Source: Thermoplasmata archaeon (GTDB taxonomy: Archaea; Thermoplasmatota; Thermoplasmata; Lutacidiplasmatales; UBA184). From it: a stretch of 64,000 nucleotides of DNA. Below are positions 1 through 7,802 of the stretch, one piece after another. Both the position numbers and the translations under genes were made by a program. The stretch lies in assembly GCA_035504595.1 (NCBI GenBank), contig DATJRQ010000006.1:39366-103365 (forward strand), written 5' to 3'. The notes beneath the pieces are model-generated. The model was not told the origin of the DNA. It saw nothing but the letters and a program-made list of their open reading frames with translations, and ran no database searches. Position 1 is the stretch's first letter; every line of letters starts with the position of its first letter.

Positions 1-123
1 ACGCTTGAGCGCGGCCCCGAGCGGGCCGTAATCGTACAGCCCCTGGGCCCCGCCGTAGATCTCGGCGGTCGGCCAGAGCACACCGCGTCGACGAAGGAGG
101 GCGTACAGCTCGTCGGTCTTCAT
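1..123 (-). CDS. glyS: glycine--tRNA ligase, N-terminal fragment (gene runs off the left edge)
   Basis: Not in the ORF track. Minus-strand ATG at 123..121 reads [41 protein letters not shown]. This matches the RRGF-W-x-EIYGG-x-G-x-DYGPLG-x-LK N-terminal signature of archaeal/eukaryal class II GlyRS. The ATG overlaps the TGA of the upstream gene (ATGA at 120-123). Confidence 0.8.
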   Translation of the reverse strand, partial: MKTDELYALLRRRGVLWPTAEIYGGAQGLYDYGPLGAALKR

Positions 124-1202
124 CGGACGGCGGCCCGGGGCCCGACCGGAACGATAAGATGTTCGGTCGTCCGCGTCACGACCTGGTACGCGGGGTCGTC
201 CGGTGGCAGCCGGAGGACGAGCGGAGGGACGGGCATCCCCGGCGCGACTCGGGCGGCCCGAGGCTCCCCGAGGAATCGCCACGGCTCGACGAGCGCGCAC
301 CGCGCGAGGAACGCCGCCGACGCCGGCCGCCGTCGAAGGCGGGTCGCCACGTAGGCGAACTCAAGCTCGCGCCAAATGGACGGCGCATGGAACATCGCGT
401 TGTCCGTCCCGAGCAGCACCGACATCCCCAGCCGTTCCATCGAACGAAGGTCCGGCTGCCGTCCAAACAGCGCGTTCGAACGGACGCACACGGCGACCGT
501 CACCTGCGCGTCGCGCACGGCGAGGAGGTCCTCGGGGGTCGCCTTCGCGAGGTGGATGACGAGGTCCGGTCTCGGGTGGAGGTACGAGTCGGGGTCCTCG
601 CGGGTCGCTTCGCTCGCATGGAGGCCGTACAACTTCTTCCGGGACCGGCAGGCCCGCGCCACGGTGGCGCGGGTCTCGGCCGACTCCTCGAGCGCACTCG
701 ACAAGCCGACCCCATCGGCCGCGCCCAAGAGACGGGCCAGTTCGTTCGGCGCCACCGGTCGCAGCAGAGGTCGTCCCAAGATCACCGGGCGGACGGGGGT
801 TCCACGCGCGGCGGACCGAAACAGCTCGACGCCCGGCACGCCCTCCTCACGGAAGTCGATCACGGCGGCGACGCCGTCCCGGGCCATGCGGGCGAAGGCG
901 CCCCGGAGCGCCCGCCGCTTCGTCGCGGGCGACGCGTTCGCGAGAAGACGGAACTTGTACCCGTGCGGTGGTCGGACGAGCCGCGCGATCGGCCCCGGCG
1001 GTGGCTCCCGGACCGAGACGGCGTCCCCGAGATGGGTGTGACCGTTCACGGGCGACGGGATCACGATGCCCCGGATCCGTCGCTCCCGGCCCCGCGTCGA
1101 GTCGGTTCCGGGTTGGCCGACCTCGACCACGCGGCCGTCCCGGAAGCGAACGTACGCGGGGCGCGCCCCGTCGACGTCCAGGATGGCCCCCTCGACGATC
1201 AT
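120..1202 (-). CDS. amidohydrolase superfamily protein (chlorohydrolase/deaminase-like)
   Basis: C-terminal 360 aa of track ORF 120..1658. Start moved to in-frame ATG 1202 ([12 protein letters not shown]...). Contains metal-binding [10 protein letters not shown] and LLGTDNAMF motifs. The upstream part of the track ORF is Arg/Pro-rich read-through across the divergent gene. Confidence 0.75.
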   Translation of the reverse strand: MIVEGAILDVDGARPAYVRFRDGRVVEVGQPGTDSTRGRERRIRGIVIPSPVNGHTHLGDAVSVREPPPGPIARLVRPPHGYKFRLLANASPATKRRALRGAFARMARDGVAAVIDFREEGVPGVELFRSAARGTPVRPVILGRPLLRPVAPNELARLLGAADGVGLSSALEESAETRATVARACRSRKKLYGLHASEATREDPDSYLHPRPDLVIHLAKATPEDLLAVRDAQVTVAVCVRSNALFGRQPDLRSMERLGMSVLLGTDNAMFHAPSIWRELEFAYVATRLRRRPASAAFLARCALVEPWRFLGEPRAARVAPGMPVPPLVLRLPPDDPAYQVVTRTTEHLIVPVGPRAAVR

Positions 1203-1290
1203 CGCTGGTGCTCTCGGAGAGGCCGGACCCTTTAAGGGCGACCCGCGCGGCGCCCGAAGGGCTAAGGAAGGTCGCCCGCTAGCCCGGCTC

Positions 1291-2172
1291 GTGGCCGCCG
1301 CGAGTGGGGGGGAACGGCGCCCCCGGGACCTGCTGGTCTCGGGCCACGTGAACGTCGACCGATTCCTTCGCCTCCCCGAGTTCCCCGCGCACGACCGAAC
1401 GGTGCCGGTCGAGGCGCACCGCGTCGAGCTCGGGGGAACCGCCGGCAACATCGCGCGGACCGCGTCTCGGTACGGGGTCGTCACCGGGCTCGTTTCGCGG
1501 GTCGGCGACGACTTTCCCGAGCGCTTCTGGGACGACCTCCGTTCGGCCCACCTCGATCTTCGGGGCGTGGAGCGGGTCGCCGGCCGCCCCACGCCCACCG
1601 CGTACATCCTCGAGGACCGCCGGGGCCGGCAACGCACCTTGATGGACCAGGGTCCCATGGGAGAGACGCCGCGGCAGTTTCCGAAACGGCCGTGGCTGCG
1701 TCAGTACTCCTGGCTTCACCTCGCCACCGGTGACCCGGTATCCCAGCTGCAGTTGCTCTCGGAGGGCCGACGGGCCGGTCTGCGTGCCACGGCGGATCCG
1801 GGCCAGGAGGTTCACTATCGCTGGACCGACCCCCAACTGCGCCGACTTCTCGCCGGGTCCGAGATCCTGTTCGGGAACGCGACCGAGGTCGATCGGGTCG
1901 AACGAGCGGTCGGAGCCCGAACGACCGACGAGCTGCTGGCGAGCGTCCCTGCGGTCGTGCGCACCGAGGGAACGCGGGGCGCCACGGCGTACACTCGCGC
2001 GGGAACGATCCACGTGCCGGCGCGCCGGCCCTCCCGGGTCCGGACCGTCGTGGGGGCGGGCGACTCGTTCCGCGGTGGGTTCTACGCGGCCTGGTTCGAG
2101 GGAGAGACGCTGGAAGACTGCCTGCACGCGGGCACTCGCGCCGCGGCGCGATGGCTGGAGGGGCGCCGGTAG
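1291..2172 (+). CDS. PfkB-family carbohydrate/nucleoside kinase
   Basis: Track ORF 1066..2172. Start moved to in-frame GTG 1291 because the upstream part overlaps the divergent amidohydrolase. Reads LLVSGHVNVDRF...GGTAGNIA...VVGAGDSFRGGF (ribokinase/PfkB anion-hole and GAGD motifs). Confidence 0.75.
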   Translation: MAAASGGERRPRDLLVSGHVNVDRFLRLPEFPAHDRTVPVEAHRVELGGTAGNIARTASRYGVVTGLVSRVGDDFPERFWDDLRSAHLDLRGVERVAGRPTPTAYILEDRRGRQRTLMDQGPMGETPRQFPKRPWLRQYSWLHLATGDPVSQLQLLSEGRRAGLRATADPGQEVHYRWTDPQLRRLLAGSEILFGNATEVDRVERAVGARTTDELLASVPAVVRTEGTRGATAYTRAGTIHVPARRPSRVRTVVGAGDSFRGGFYAAWFEGETLEDCLHAGTRAAARWLEGRR

Positions 2173-2187
2173 GCCCGCACGGTCGAA

Positions 2188-3456
2188 ATGGAGATGCACG
2201 CGTTCGGCCGGTTGATACCGGTCGAGGTGGCGCGCCGACGGTTGCTGGCGGCGACGCGGCCCGTCGGGCGAACGGAGGAAGTCCCCGTCGAGCTCGCCTT
2301 CGACCGGATCGCCGCCGCGCCGTATCGCGCTCCCCGGCCCGTCCCCTCCTTTCCGCGCGCGACGTGGGACGGGTACGCCGTACGCTCGATCGACACGTCC
2401 GGCGCTTCCTCCCGCACGCCGGTCGACCTCCGGGTGGTCGGCGAGGTGTTCGCCGAGCAGGCGTTCCGAGGTCGACTGTCGCGGGGCCAAGCGGTGGCGA
2501 TCGCCACCGGCGGGGCCCTGCCCACCGGCGCGGACGCGATCGTGATCTTCGAGGTCGTCGAGCGGCGCGACGGGCAGGTCCGGCTGCGCGCCCCGGTTCG
2601 AGCCGGGGACCGCTTCTCGCCGCCCGGACACGACTTCCCGCGAGGGCAGACGCTCGTGACCCGGGGCGAGCCGCTGACCGCGACCGCGCTCGCGACCCTC
2701 GCCGCGTGCGGGATCCCGCGGGTTCGAGCGTACGCGCGACCGGTCGTGTCGATCCTCCCCAACGGCAACGAGCTCGTCGCCCCCGGGCGGAAGGGCCGGC
2801 GGGGGCAGATCTACGAGAGCAACAACGCCTCCCTCTCCTCGGTCATTCTGGCCGCGGGCGGGGAGCCGCGCCCCCACGCCCCCTTGCCCGATGATCCCCG
2901 GCAGATCGAGGCGGCCCTTCGGCACGCCCTGCGAGAGTCCGACCTGGTCCTCGCGACGGGCGGCAGCTCGGTCGGAGAACGCGACCATCTCCCGCGGATA
3001 CTGCCCCGGCTGGGGAAACTCCTCTTCCACGGGATTGCCGTTCGGGCCGGGAAGCCGACGCTCGCCGCCGACGTACGGGGCAAACTCGTGGTAGGCATGC
3101 CCGGTCACCCGACCTCGTGCCTGGTGAACATGTACTGGCTGATGCTCCCGGTACTCCACCGGCTCGGGCATCGACCGGGTCCGGGCTGGACGGAATCCAC
3201 CGCGGTACTCGGAAGCGACGCGGTGGCCCCGACGCCCGGCCTGTCGACGGTCGTTCCCCTCGAGTTCCGCGGTGGGCGCGCCTTCACCCGCTATCGGGGC
3301 TCGGCCGCGATCACCAGCTTGTCGGGGGTGACGGGGTACGCCATGCTCCCTCCCGGTCGGCGTTCCGTCCGAGCGGGCCGCCGGATCCGAGTCTACCGGC
3401 TCGACCCGCCCCTCGGTCCCGGACCAGCAGCCCCGGAGCGACCGGGGAACGGTTAA
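2188..3456 (+). CDS. moeA: molybdopterin molybdenumtransferase MoeA
   Basis: 422 aa. N-terminus ...PVELAFDRIAAAPYRAPRPVPSFPRATWDGYAV, central ...LPNGNELV...GQIYESN and ...TGGSSVGERDH are typical MoeA segments. Confidence 0.85.
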   Translation: MEMHAFGRLIPVEVARRRLLAATRPVGRTEEVPVELAFDRIAAAPYRAPRPVPSFPRATWDGYAVRSIDTSGASSRTPVDLRVVGEVFAEQAFRGRLSRGQAVAIATGGALPTGADAIVIFEVVERRDGQVRLRAPVRAGDRFSPPGHDFPRGQTLVTRGEPLTATALATLAACGIPRVRAYARPVVSILPNGNELVAPGRKGRRGQIYESNNASLSSVILAAGGEPRPHAPLPDDPRQIEAALRHALRESDLVLATGGSSVGERDHLPRILPRLGKLLFHGIAVRAGKPTLAADVRGKLVVGMPGHPTSCLVNMYWLMLPVLHRLGHRPGPGWTESTAVLGSDAVAPTPGLSTVVPLEFRGGRAFTRYRGSAAITSLSGVTGYAMLPPGRRSVRAGRRIRVYRLDPPLGPGPAAPERPGNG

Positions 3457-3479
3457 GCCGCGGCCCCCGCTGTCCGGTC

Positions 3480-4310
3480 GTGGGCCGTCGGGACCTGCGC
3501 ATCGCGATCGTGTCGATCGAGGGGACCAACTGCGACCAAGAGCTTCTGGTCGCGTGCGCGAAGCTCGGGGCGCGCCCCGAGATCGTCGAGCTCAAGCAGT
3601 TCGAAGGTCGGGACGTCGACCCGTCCGAACGGCGCCGCCTCGCCGATTTCGACGCGGTGTTCTTCCCGGGCGGGTTCTCGGCCGGCGACTACGTCCGGGC
3701 CGGCGCGATTTTCGCGGCCCGTGTCCGCGCCTCGATCGGGCCCGAGCTCGAGGATTTCGTCCGTTCCGGTCACCTGGTCGGCGGGATCTGCAACGGCTTC
3801 CAGGTCGTCGTGGAACTCGGCCTCCTCCCCGGCCGCTCCGGCGGTCGGCTCGGCCCGCCGGACGCCGTGCTCCAGACGAACGACTCCGGCCGGTTCGAGT
3901 GCCGGCCGACGTTCGTGGCATGGCAGGGTGGAGCGTTCCCCGCCCTGCGCGGGACCCCGAAGGGCGCCCGATACCTGTTCCCCTCCGCGCACGCCGAGGG
4001 GAAGCTGATCCTCGGCGGCCACTCCGCGCGTCGCATGCGTGACCTCGACGCCGCGGGGCAGGTCCTCTTCCGTTGGGTCGCGCCCGACGGGGGACCCGCC
4101 GTGTATCCGTGGAATCCCAACGGGTCCGAGGGCGACATCGCGGGGCTCACGAATCCGGAGGGGAACGTGTTCGGACTGATGCCGCATCCGGAGCGTTCGT
4201 TCTTCCGGGCGCAGGCCCCCGACTGGACGCGAACGGGTGGGACCGAGGGATTTGGGGACGGCCACCGGTTCCTGGACGCCGTGCTCACGCAGGCCGAGCG
4301 CGCGCGCTGA
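3480..4310 (+). CDS. purQ: phosphoribosylformylglycinamidine synthase subunit PurQ (glutamine amidotransferase)
   Basis: C-terminal 276 aa of track ORF 3117..4310, starting at in-frame GTG 3480. Reads LRIAIVSIEGTNCDQE...FFPGGFSAGDY...GICNGFQVVVELGLLPG...MPHPER (class I GATase Cys-His triad context of PurQ). Confidence 0.85.
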   Translation: MGRRDLRIAIVSIEGTNCDQELLVACAKLGARPEIVELKQFEGRDVDPSERRRLADFDAVFFPGGFSAGDYVRAGAIFAARVRASIGPELEDFVRSGHLVGGICNGFQVVVELGLLPGRSGGRLGPPDAVLQTNDSGRFECRPTFVAWQGGAFPALRGTPKGARYLFPSAHAEGKLILGGHSARRMRDLDAAGQVLFRWVAPDGGPAVYPWNPNGSEGDIAGLTNPEGNVFGLMPHPERSFFRAQAPDWTRTGGTEGFGDGHRFLDAVLTQAERAR

Positions 4311-4938
4311 CGCGCGCGGACCGCTTCGCCCGCGCGAGCTCCCACACCTCGAGGGTTTCCCCTTCGAGGTCGCGGTAGGCGACCCTTTCCTTTCGTCCCC
4401 CGAGCGCCTCCCACACCCGGACGATCGAGCGCAGCGAGCCCGCGTCCTGCAACGACGAGACGACGACGAACGCGCTGGCGCCAGCGGCGAGATGGTCGGG
4501 CAGGGCCCCCACGATCCGCGCGAGGACCCGGCATCCGTCGGGGCCGCCATCGAGCGCGAGGTTGTGCCAGGGGTCCGGGTCGCGCTGTCCGGGCGAGGTG
4601 GGAAGGTACGGTGGGTTCGCGAGGACCCGGTCGAATCGGCCGAGCCCCGCGGCAAGGTCGGTCCGGACCGTCTCGAGGGCGAGCCGTTCGGCCCGCGCGC
4701 GGAGCCGAAGCGAGGCGAGCGCCCACGGGTTGAGGTCGGTCGCGACGACCCGGGCGCCGGCTCGAGCCGCTTCCAACGCCGCGCGCCCGCTGCCGGCCCC
4801 GATCTCGAGGAGGGAGGAGCCGAGCGCTACGCGCGCGAACGGAAGGAGGAGCTCGGTGTCTTCTCGCGGGGGGTACACTGCGTGCGCCGGGGCAGGCGAA
4901 GTGCCGCTCGCGTCGTCGGGCGAGTGAAAGTGCCTCAC
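4285..4938 (-). CDS. HemK/Mtq2-like N5-glutamine (class I SAM) methyltransferase
   Basis: C-terminal part of track ORF 4285..5220. Reads VYPPREDTELL...LLEIGAGSG...DLNP...NPPY (SAM-binding and NPPY substrate motifs). Start is GTG 4938, or alternatively GTG 4878 immediately before VYPPREDT. Confidence 0.7.
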   Translation of the reverse strand: MRHFHSPDDASGTSPAPAHAVYPPREDTELLLPFARVALGSSLLEIGAGSGRAALEAARAGARVVATDLNPWALASLRLRARAERLALETVRTDLAAGLGRFDRVLANPPYLPTSPGQRDPDPWHNLALDGGPDGCRVLARIVGALPDHLAAGASAFVVVSSLQDAGSLRSIVRVWEALGGRKERVAYRDLEGETLEVWELARAKRSARVSARARPA

Positions 4939-4987
4939 GCCCACGTCACCCTCATATCGCCCATCGACCTTTACGGCGTTGTTAACG

Positions 4988-5557
4988 GTGTCATTGGTTT
5001 TGCCGCGACGTCTCTCTCCGACCGTCAAAATTGGAATCACGGGCCTTCCCGGCTCCGGAAAGACCCAGACCCTCCTACGGATCATCGAGCTCCTCGAGGA
5101 GGAGGGCGTGAAGGTCGGTGGAATGGTCACCGAGCCGATCGTCGAGAAGCAGCGACGTACCGGGTTCAAGATCACCAACTGGCTCACCAAGGAGAACGAG
5201 GTGTTCGCCCACGAGGGCATGAAGTCCCGGATCCGTTCCGGTCGCTACGGCGTGAACCTTGCGGCGCTCGAAGGGGTCGGCACGCGCGCCCTCGCCGAGG
5301 CGCGCGACGAGGCCGACGTGATCGTCATTGACGAGGTCGGCAAGATGGAAGTGGAGAGCGAGCCGTTCACCAAGGCCGTGACCGAGACCCTCGATGCCAA
5401 GAAATCGATCGTCATGACCCTCCACAAGAAGTCCCGGAACCCGCTGCTCCAGGACATCCGACGGAGGGACGAGCTACGCCTACTCGAAGTAACGCCGATC
5501 AACAAGAACCTCCTCGCGTTCAAGATCGTCCACCTGATCACCGGTCGATCCCACTGA
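4988..5557 (+). CDS. nucleoside-triphosphatase THEP1 family (COG1618)
   Basis: Track ORF 4979..5557. Reads KIGITGLPGSGKT (Walker A) ...VIVIDEVGKME (Walker B). Length ~190 aa is typical of THEP1. The exact start (GTG 4988, TTG 4994 or TTG 5000) is uncertain. Confidence 0.75.
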   Translation: MSLVLPRRLSPTVKIGITGLPGSGKTQTLLRIIELLEEEGVKVGGMVTEPIVEKQRRTGFKITNWLTKENEVFAHEGMKSRIRSGRYGVNLAALEGVGTRALAEARDEADVIVIDEVGKMEVESEPFTKAVTETLDAKKSIVMTLHKKSRNPLLQDIRRRDELRLLEVTPINKNLLAFKIVHLITGRSH

Positions 5558-5634
5558 GCCTCGGTCGCGAGGGCGGCACCGACCTCCTCCTCCCCCCCGC
5601 CACGGCGGGGCGCGGCCCCCGCGCGCGGTCTCCG

Positions 5635-6633
5635 GTGTTCTACAACCCCGCCATGGCGGGCGACCGCGACCTCGGTGTCGCGTTCGCCACCGCGCGGTGG
5701 GCGCGCGGCGGAGGGGACCGGTCCGGCTGGGAGGTCACGGCGGCCACGGGTGTACGCGGACTGCGTCTCTTCCACGAGAGCGGCGCGTTCCGTGATTTCC
5801 TGCTGACCGAGGCGAACCCCGACGCGAGCGAGGTGCTGTCGCGCAATGCCGCGAGGTATCCCGGCGCCCGGGCCGCCCGCGGGGATGGCCGGGAGGCGCC
5901 CGCGGAAGCGGGATTCGACCTCGTCGATGTCGACCCGTACGGCTCTCCGATCGATTTCGTGCCGGCGGCCTTCCGGGCGGTTCGCCCGGGGGGCGTCCTC
6001 GCCGTCACGGCGACCGACATGATGGTCCTCGCCGGGGTCCAGCCGGGGGTCTGCGAGCGGCGGTACGGGGCGGTGCCGGTGCGGGGTCGACTCGGGCCCG
6101 AAGGAGGACTTCGCATCCTCCTCGCGTACCTCGCCCGGGAGGGGAGAGCGCGGGGTCGGGCCGTTCGACCGCTGCTCGCCTACGCGCGCGACCACCATCT
6201 CCGCATCTACGTGGAGGTGGGCGACGCAGAGCACTCGCCCGCGGAGGATCCCGTCGCCGTCATCGACCCCGCTCGGTGGACCGGTCCGGAGCTGGGGGCG
6301 CGGGGCCCGGTCGGGCCGCTGTGGGTCGGACCGTTGTTCGACCCGGCGCTCGTGCGTTCCCTTCGACCCCCGAGCGCGAGCGCCCGACCGGAGGAGACCT
6401 CGAAGTTTCTCGTCCGGCTGGTCGAAGAGCTGGAAGCCGATGTCCCGTTCTACTTCGAGTCGAACCGGCTGGCGCGGCGGCTCGAACTGACCGAGCCAGC
6501 GCCGATGCGGTCGCTCCTCGAGGCGCTGCGCGCGCGCGGCTTCCGTGCCGCGCGGACCCACGCGCGGCCCGAAGGGTTCCGGACGGACGCCCCCCGCGAC
6601 GTCGTCGAATCCGTCGCTCGCGCTAGGACCTGA
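5635..6633 (+). CDS. trm1: tRNA (guanine26-N2)-dimethyltransferase Trm1 (true start probably upstream, see findings)
   Basis: Reads VFYNPAMAGDRD...ATGVRGLR...VDVDPYGSP...LAVTATD, the canonical Trm1 motifs. The first canonical start (GTG 5635) lies inside the conserved PVFYNP motif. Confidence 0.85.
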   Translation: MFYNPAMAGDRDLGVAFATARWARGGGDRSGWEVTAATGVRGLRLFHESGAFRDFLLTEANPDASEVLSRNAARYPGARAARGDGREAPAEAGFDLVDVDPYGSPIDFVPAAFRAVRPGGVLAVTATDMMVLAGVQPGVCERRYGAVPVRGRLGPEGGLRILLAYLAREGRARGRAVRPLLAYARDHHLRIYVEVGDAEHSPAEDPVAVIDPARWTGPELGARGPVGPLWVGPLFDPALVRSLRPPSASARPEETSKFLVRLVEELEADVPFYFESNRLARRLELTEPAPMRSLLEALRARGFRAARTHARPEGFRTDAPRDVVESVARART

Positions 6634-7798
6634 GGTAGAGCACTCGACCTCCGCGGATCGTCGCACGTACCCGGGCGAAGGCCGCGACGTCCTGCATCGG
6701 GTCGTCGTCGAGCAGCACCAGGTCCGCCGCCTGCCCACGGGCGATCGTCCCGGTCTCCGCCGCCACCCCGAACCGGCGGGCCGGCGCGGTGGTCAACATC
6801 TCGAGCACCTCGGACGGGCCCACCCCGGCGCTCGCGAGCGCCCGAAACTCCTCCTCGGTGGAGTAGTCGGACATGTACCCGACGTCGGTGCCGAAGAGCA
6901 GCTCGCCGCCCAGTGCGCGGAACTCCCGGACGATCCGGTAGATGGGCTCCAGGTACGACGGGCTGCGCGTCACCGTGGTGGCGAACATCTTGAGGGTGGG
7001 CACGATCGAGGTCCGGCGCTCGACGAGCGCTCGCAGGAGCGATGGGTCGACCCCGTCCGTCGAGTCGGGCGGGTGGGCGAGCACATCGACACCGGCGGCG
7101 AGCGCGACGCGGGTCCCCTCGAGGTCCGACGGGTGGCTGAAGACGAGCCGGCCGCGCCGGTGCGCGGCGGCGGCCGCGGCCCGGGCGATCGGCTCGGGCA
7201 TGTGCTTGACGGTCCCGCGCGCGACGTACGACCCTGTGAACAGTTTGACCAGGTCGGCCCCGTAGGCGAAGTTTCGTTCGACCGCGCGCACGGCCGCCGC
7301 GGGGGAGCGGGGTTGCGGGATCAGCCAGCGGACCCAGAACGGGATCTCGTCCCGAACGTAGTAGGGGAGGCCGTGAGGAGGGTACAGCCCGGAGCCCGCG
7401 GTCCAGATCCTCGGCCCGGGCAACTCGTGGGAATCGATCCGACGACGGATCGCGAGGGTGGAGCGGGGGTCTGAGCCGGTGTCGACTACGGAGGTGAACC
7501 CCCGGCTCGTGAGCATCGCCCGGAGCGGCTCCTCCAGCCGGGCCGCGGGTGCGGTCGCCGCCGATCGCCAGCAGGGCTGGGTGAAGTGAACGTGGGCGTT
7601 CCAGAATCCCGCGACGAGGAACCGCCCGTCCCCCGGCACGACGGTGGTGCCCGACGGGATCGGGAGGCCGGTCCCGACCGACTCGATACGGCCGTTGTGG
7701 ACCACGACGATGCCGCGCGAGAGGGCCGGTGCGCCGGGAGCCGGGTAGATCGTCGCGTTCTCGATCGCGAGCCGTTCCGGAGGGGGTGCGGCTGCCAT
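6623..7798 (-). CDS. amidohydrolase family protein
   Basis: 391 aa. Reads ...VVVHNGRIESVG...GRFLVAGFWNAHVHF... (HxH metal site) and ...LLFGTDVGY...AADLVLLDDDP. Starts 4 nt downstream of the lhr stop. Confidence 0.75.
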   Translation of the reverse strand: MAAAPPPERLAIENATIYPAPGAPALSRGIVVVHNGRIESVGTGLPIPSGTTVVPGDGRFLVAGFWNAHVHFTQPCWRSAATAPAARLEEPLRAMLTSRGFTSVVDTGSDPRSTLAIRRRIDSHELPGPRIWTAGSGLYPPHGLPYYVRDEIPFWVRWLIPQPRSPAAAVRAVERNFAYGADLVKLFTGSYVARGTVKHMPEPIARAAAAAAHRRGRLVFSHPSDLEGTRVALAAGVDVLAHPPDSTDGVDPSLLRALVERRTSIVPTLKMFATTVTRSPSYLEPIYRIVREFRALGGELLFGTDVGYMSDYSTEEEFRALASAGVGPSEVLEMLTTAPARRFGVAAETGTIARGQAADLVLLDDDPMQDVAAFARVRATIRGGRVLYLRS

Positions 7799-7802
7799 CG
7801 GG

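Noticed and set aside
1279-3171. 630-aa minus-strand ORF opposite the PfkB kinase and moeA
   Set aside because: The translation is Arg/Pro/Gly-rich low complexity. Both plus-strand genes have clear family motifs.
5245-6738. 497-aa minus-strand ORF opposite trm1
   Set aside because: It is a shadow frame with Arg/Pro-rich composition. trm1 motifs are unambiguous on the plus strand.
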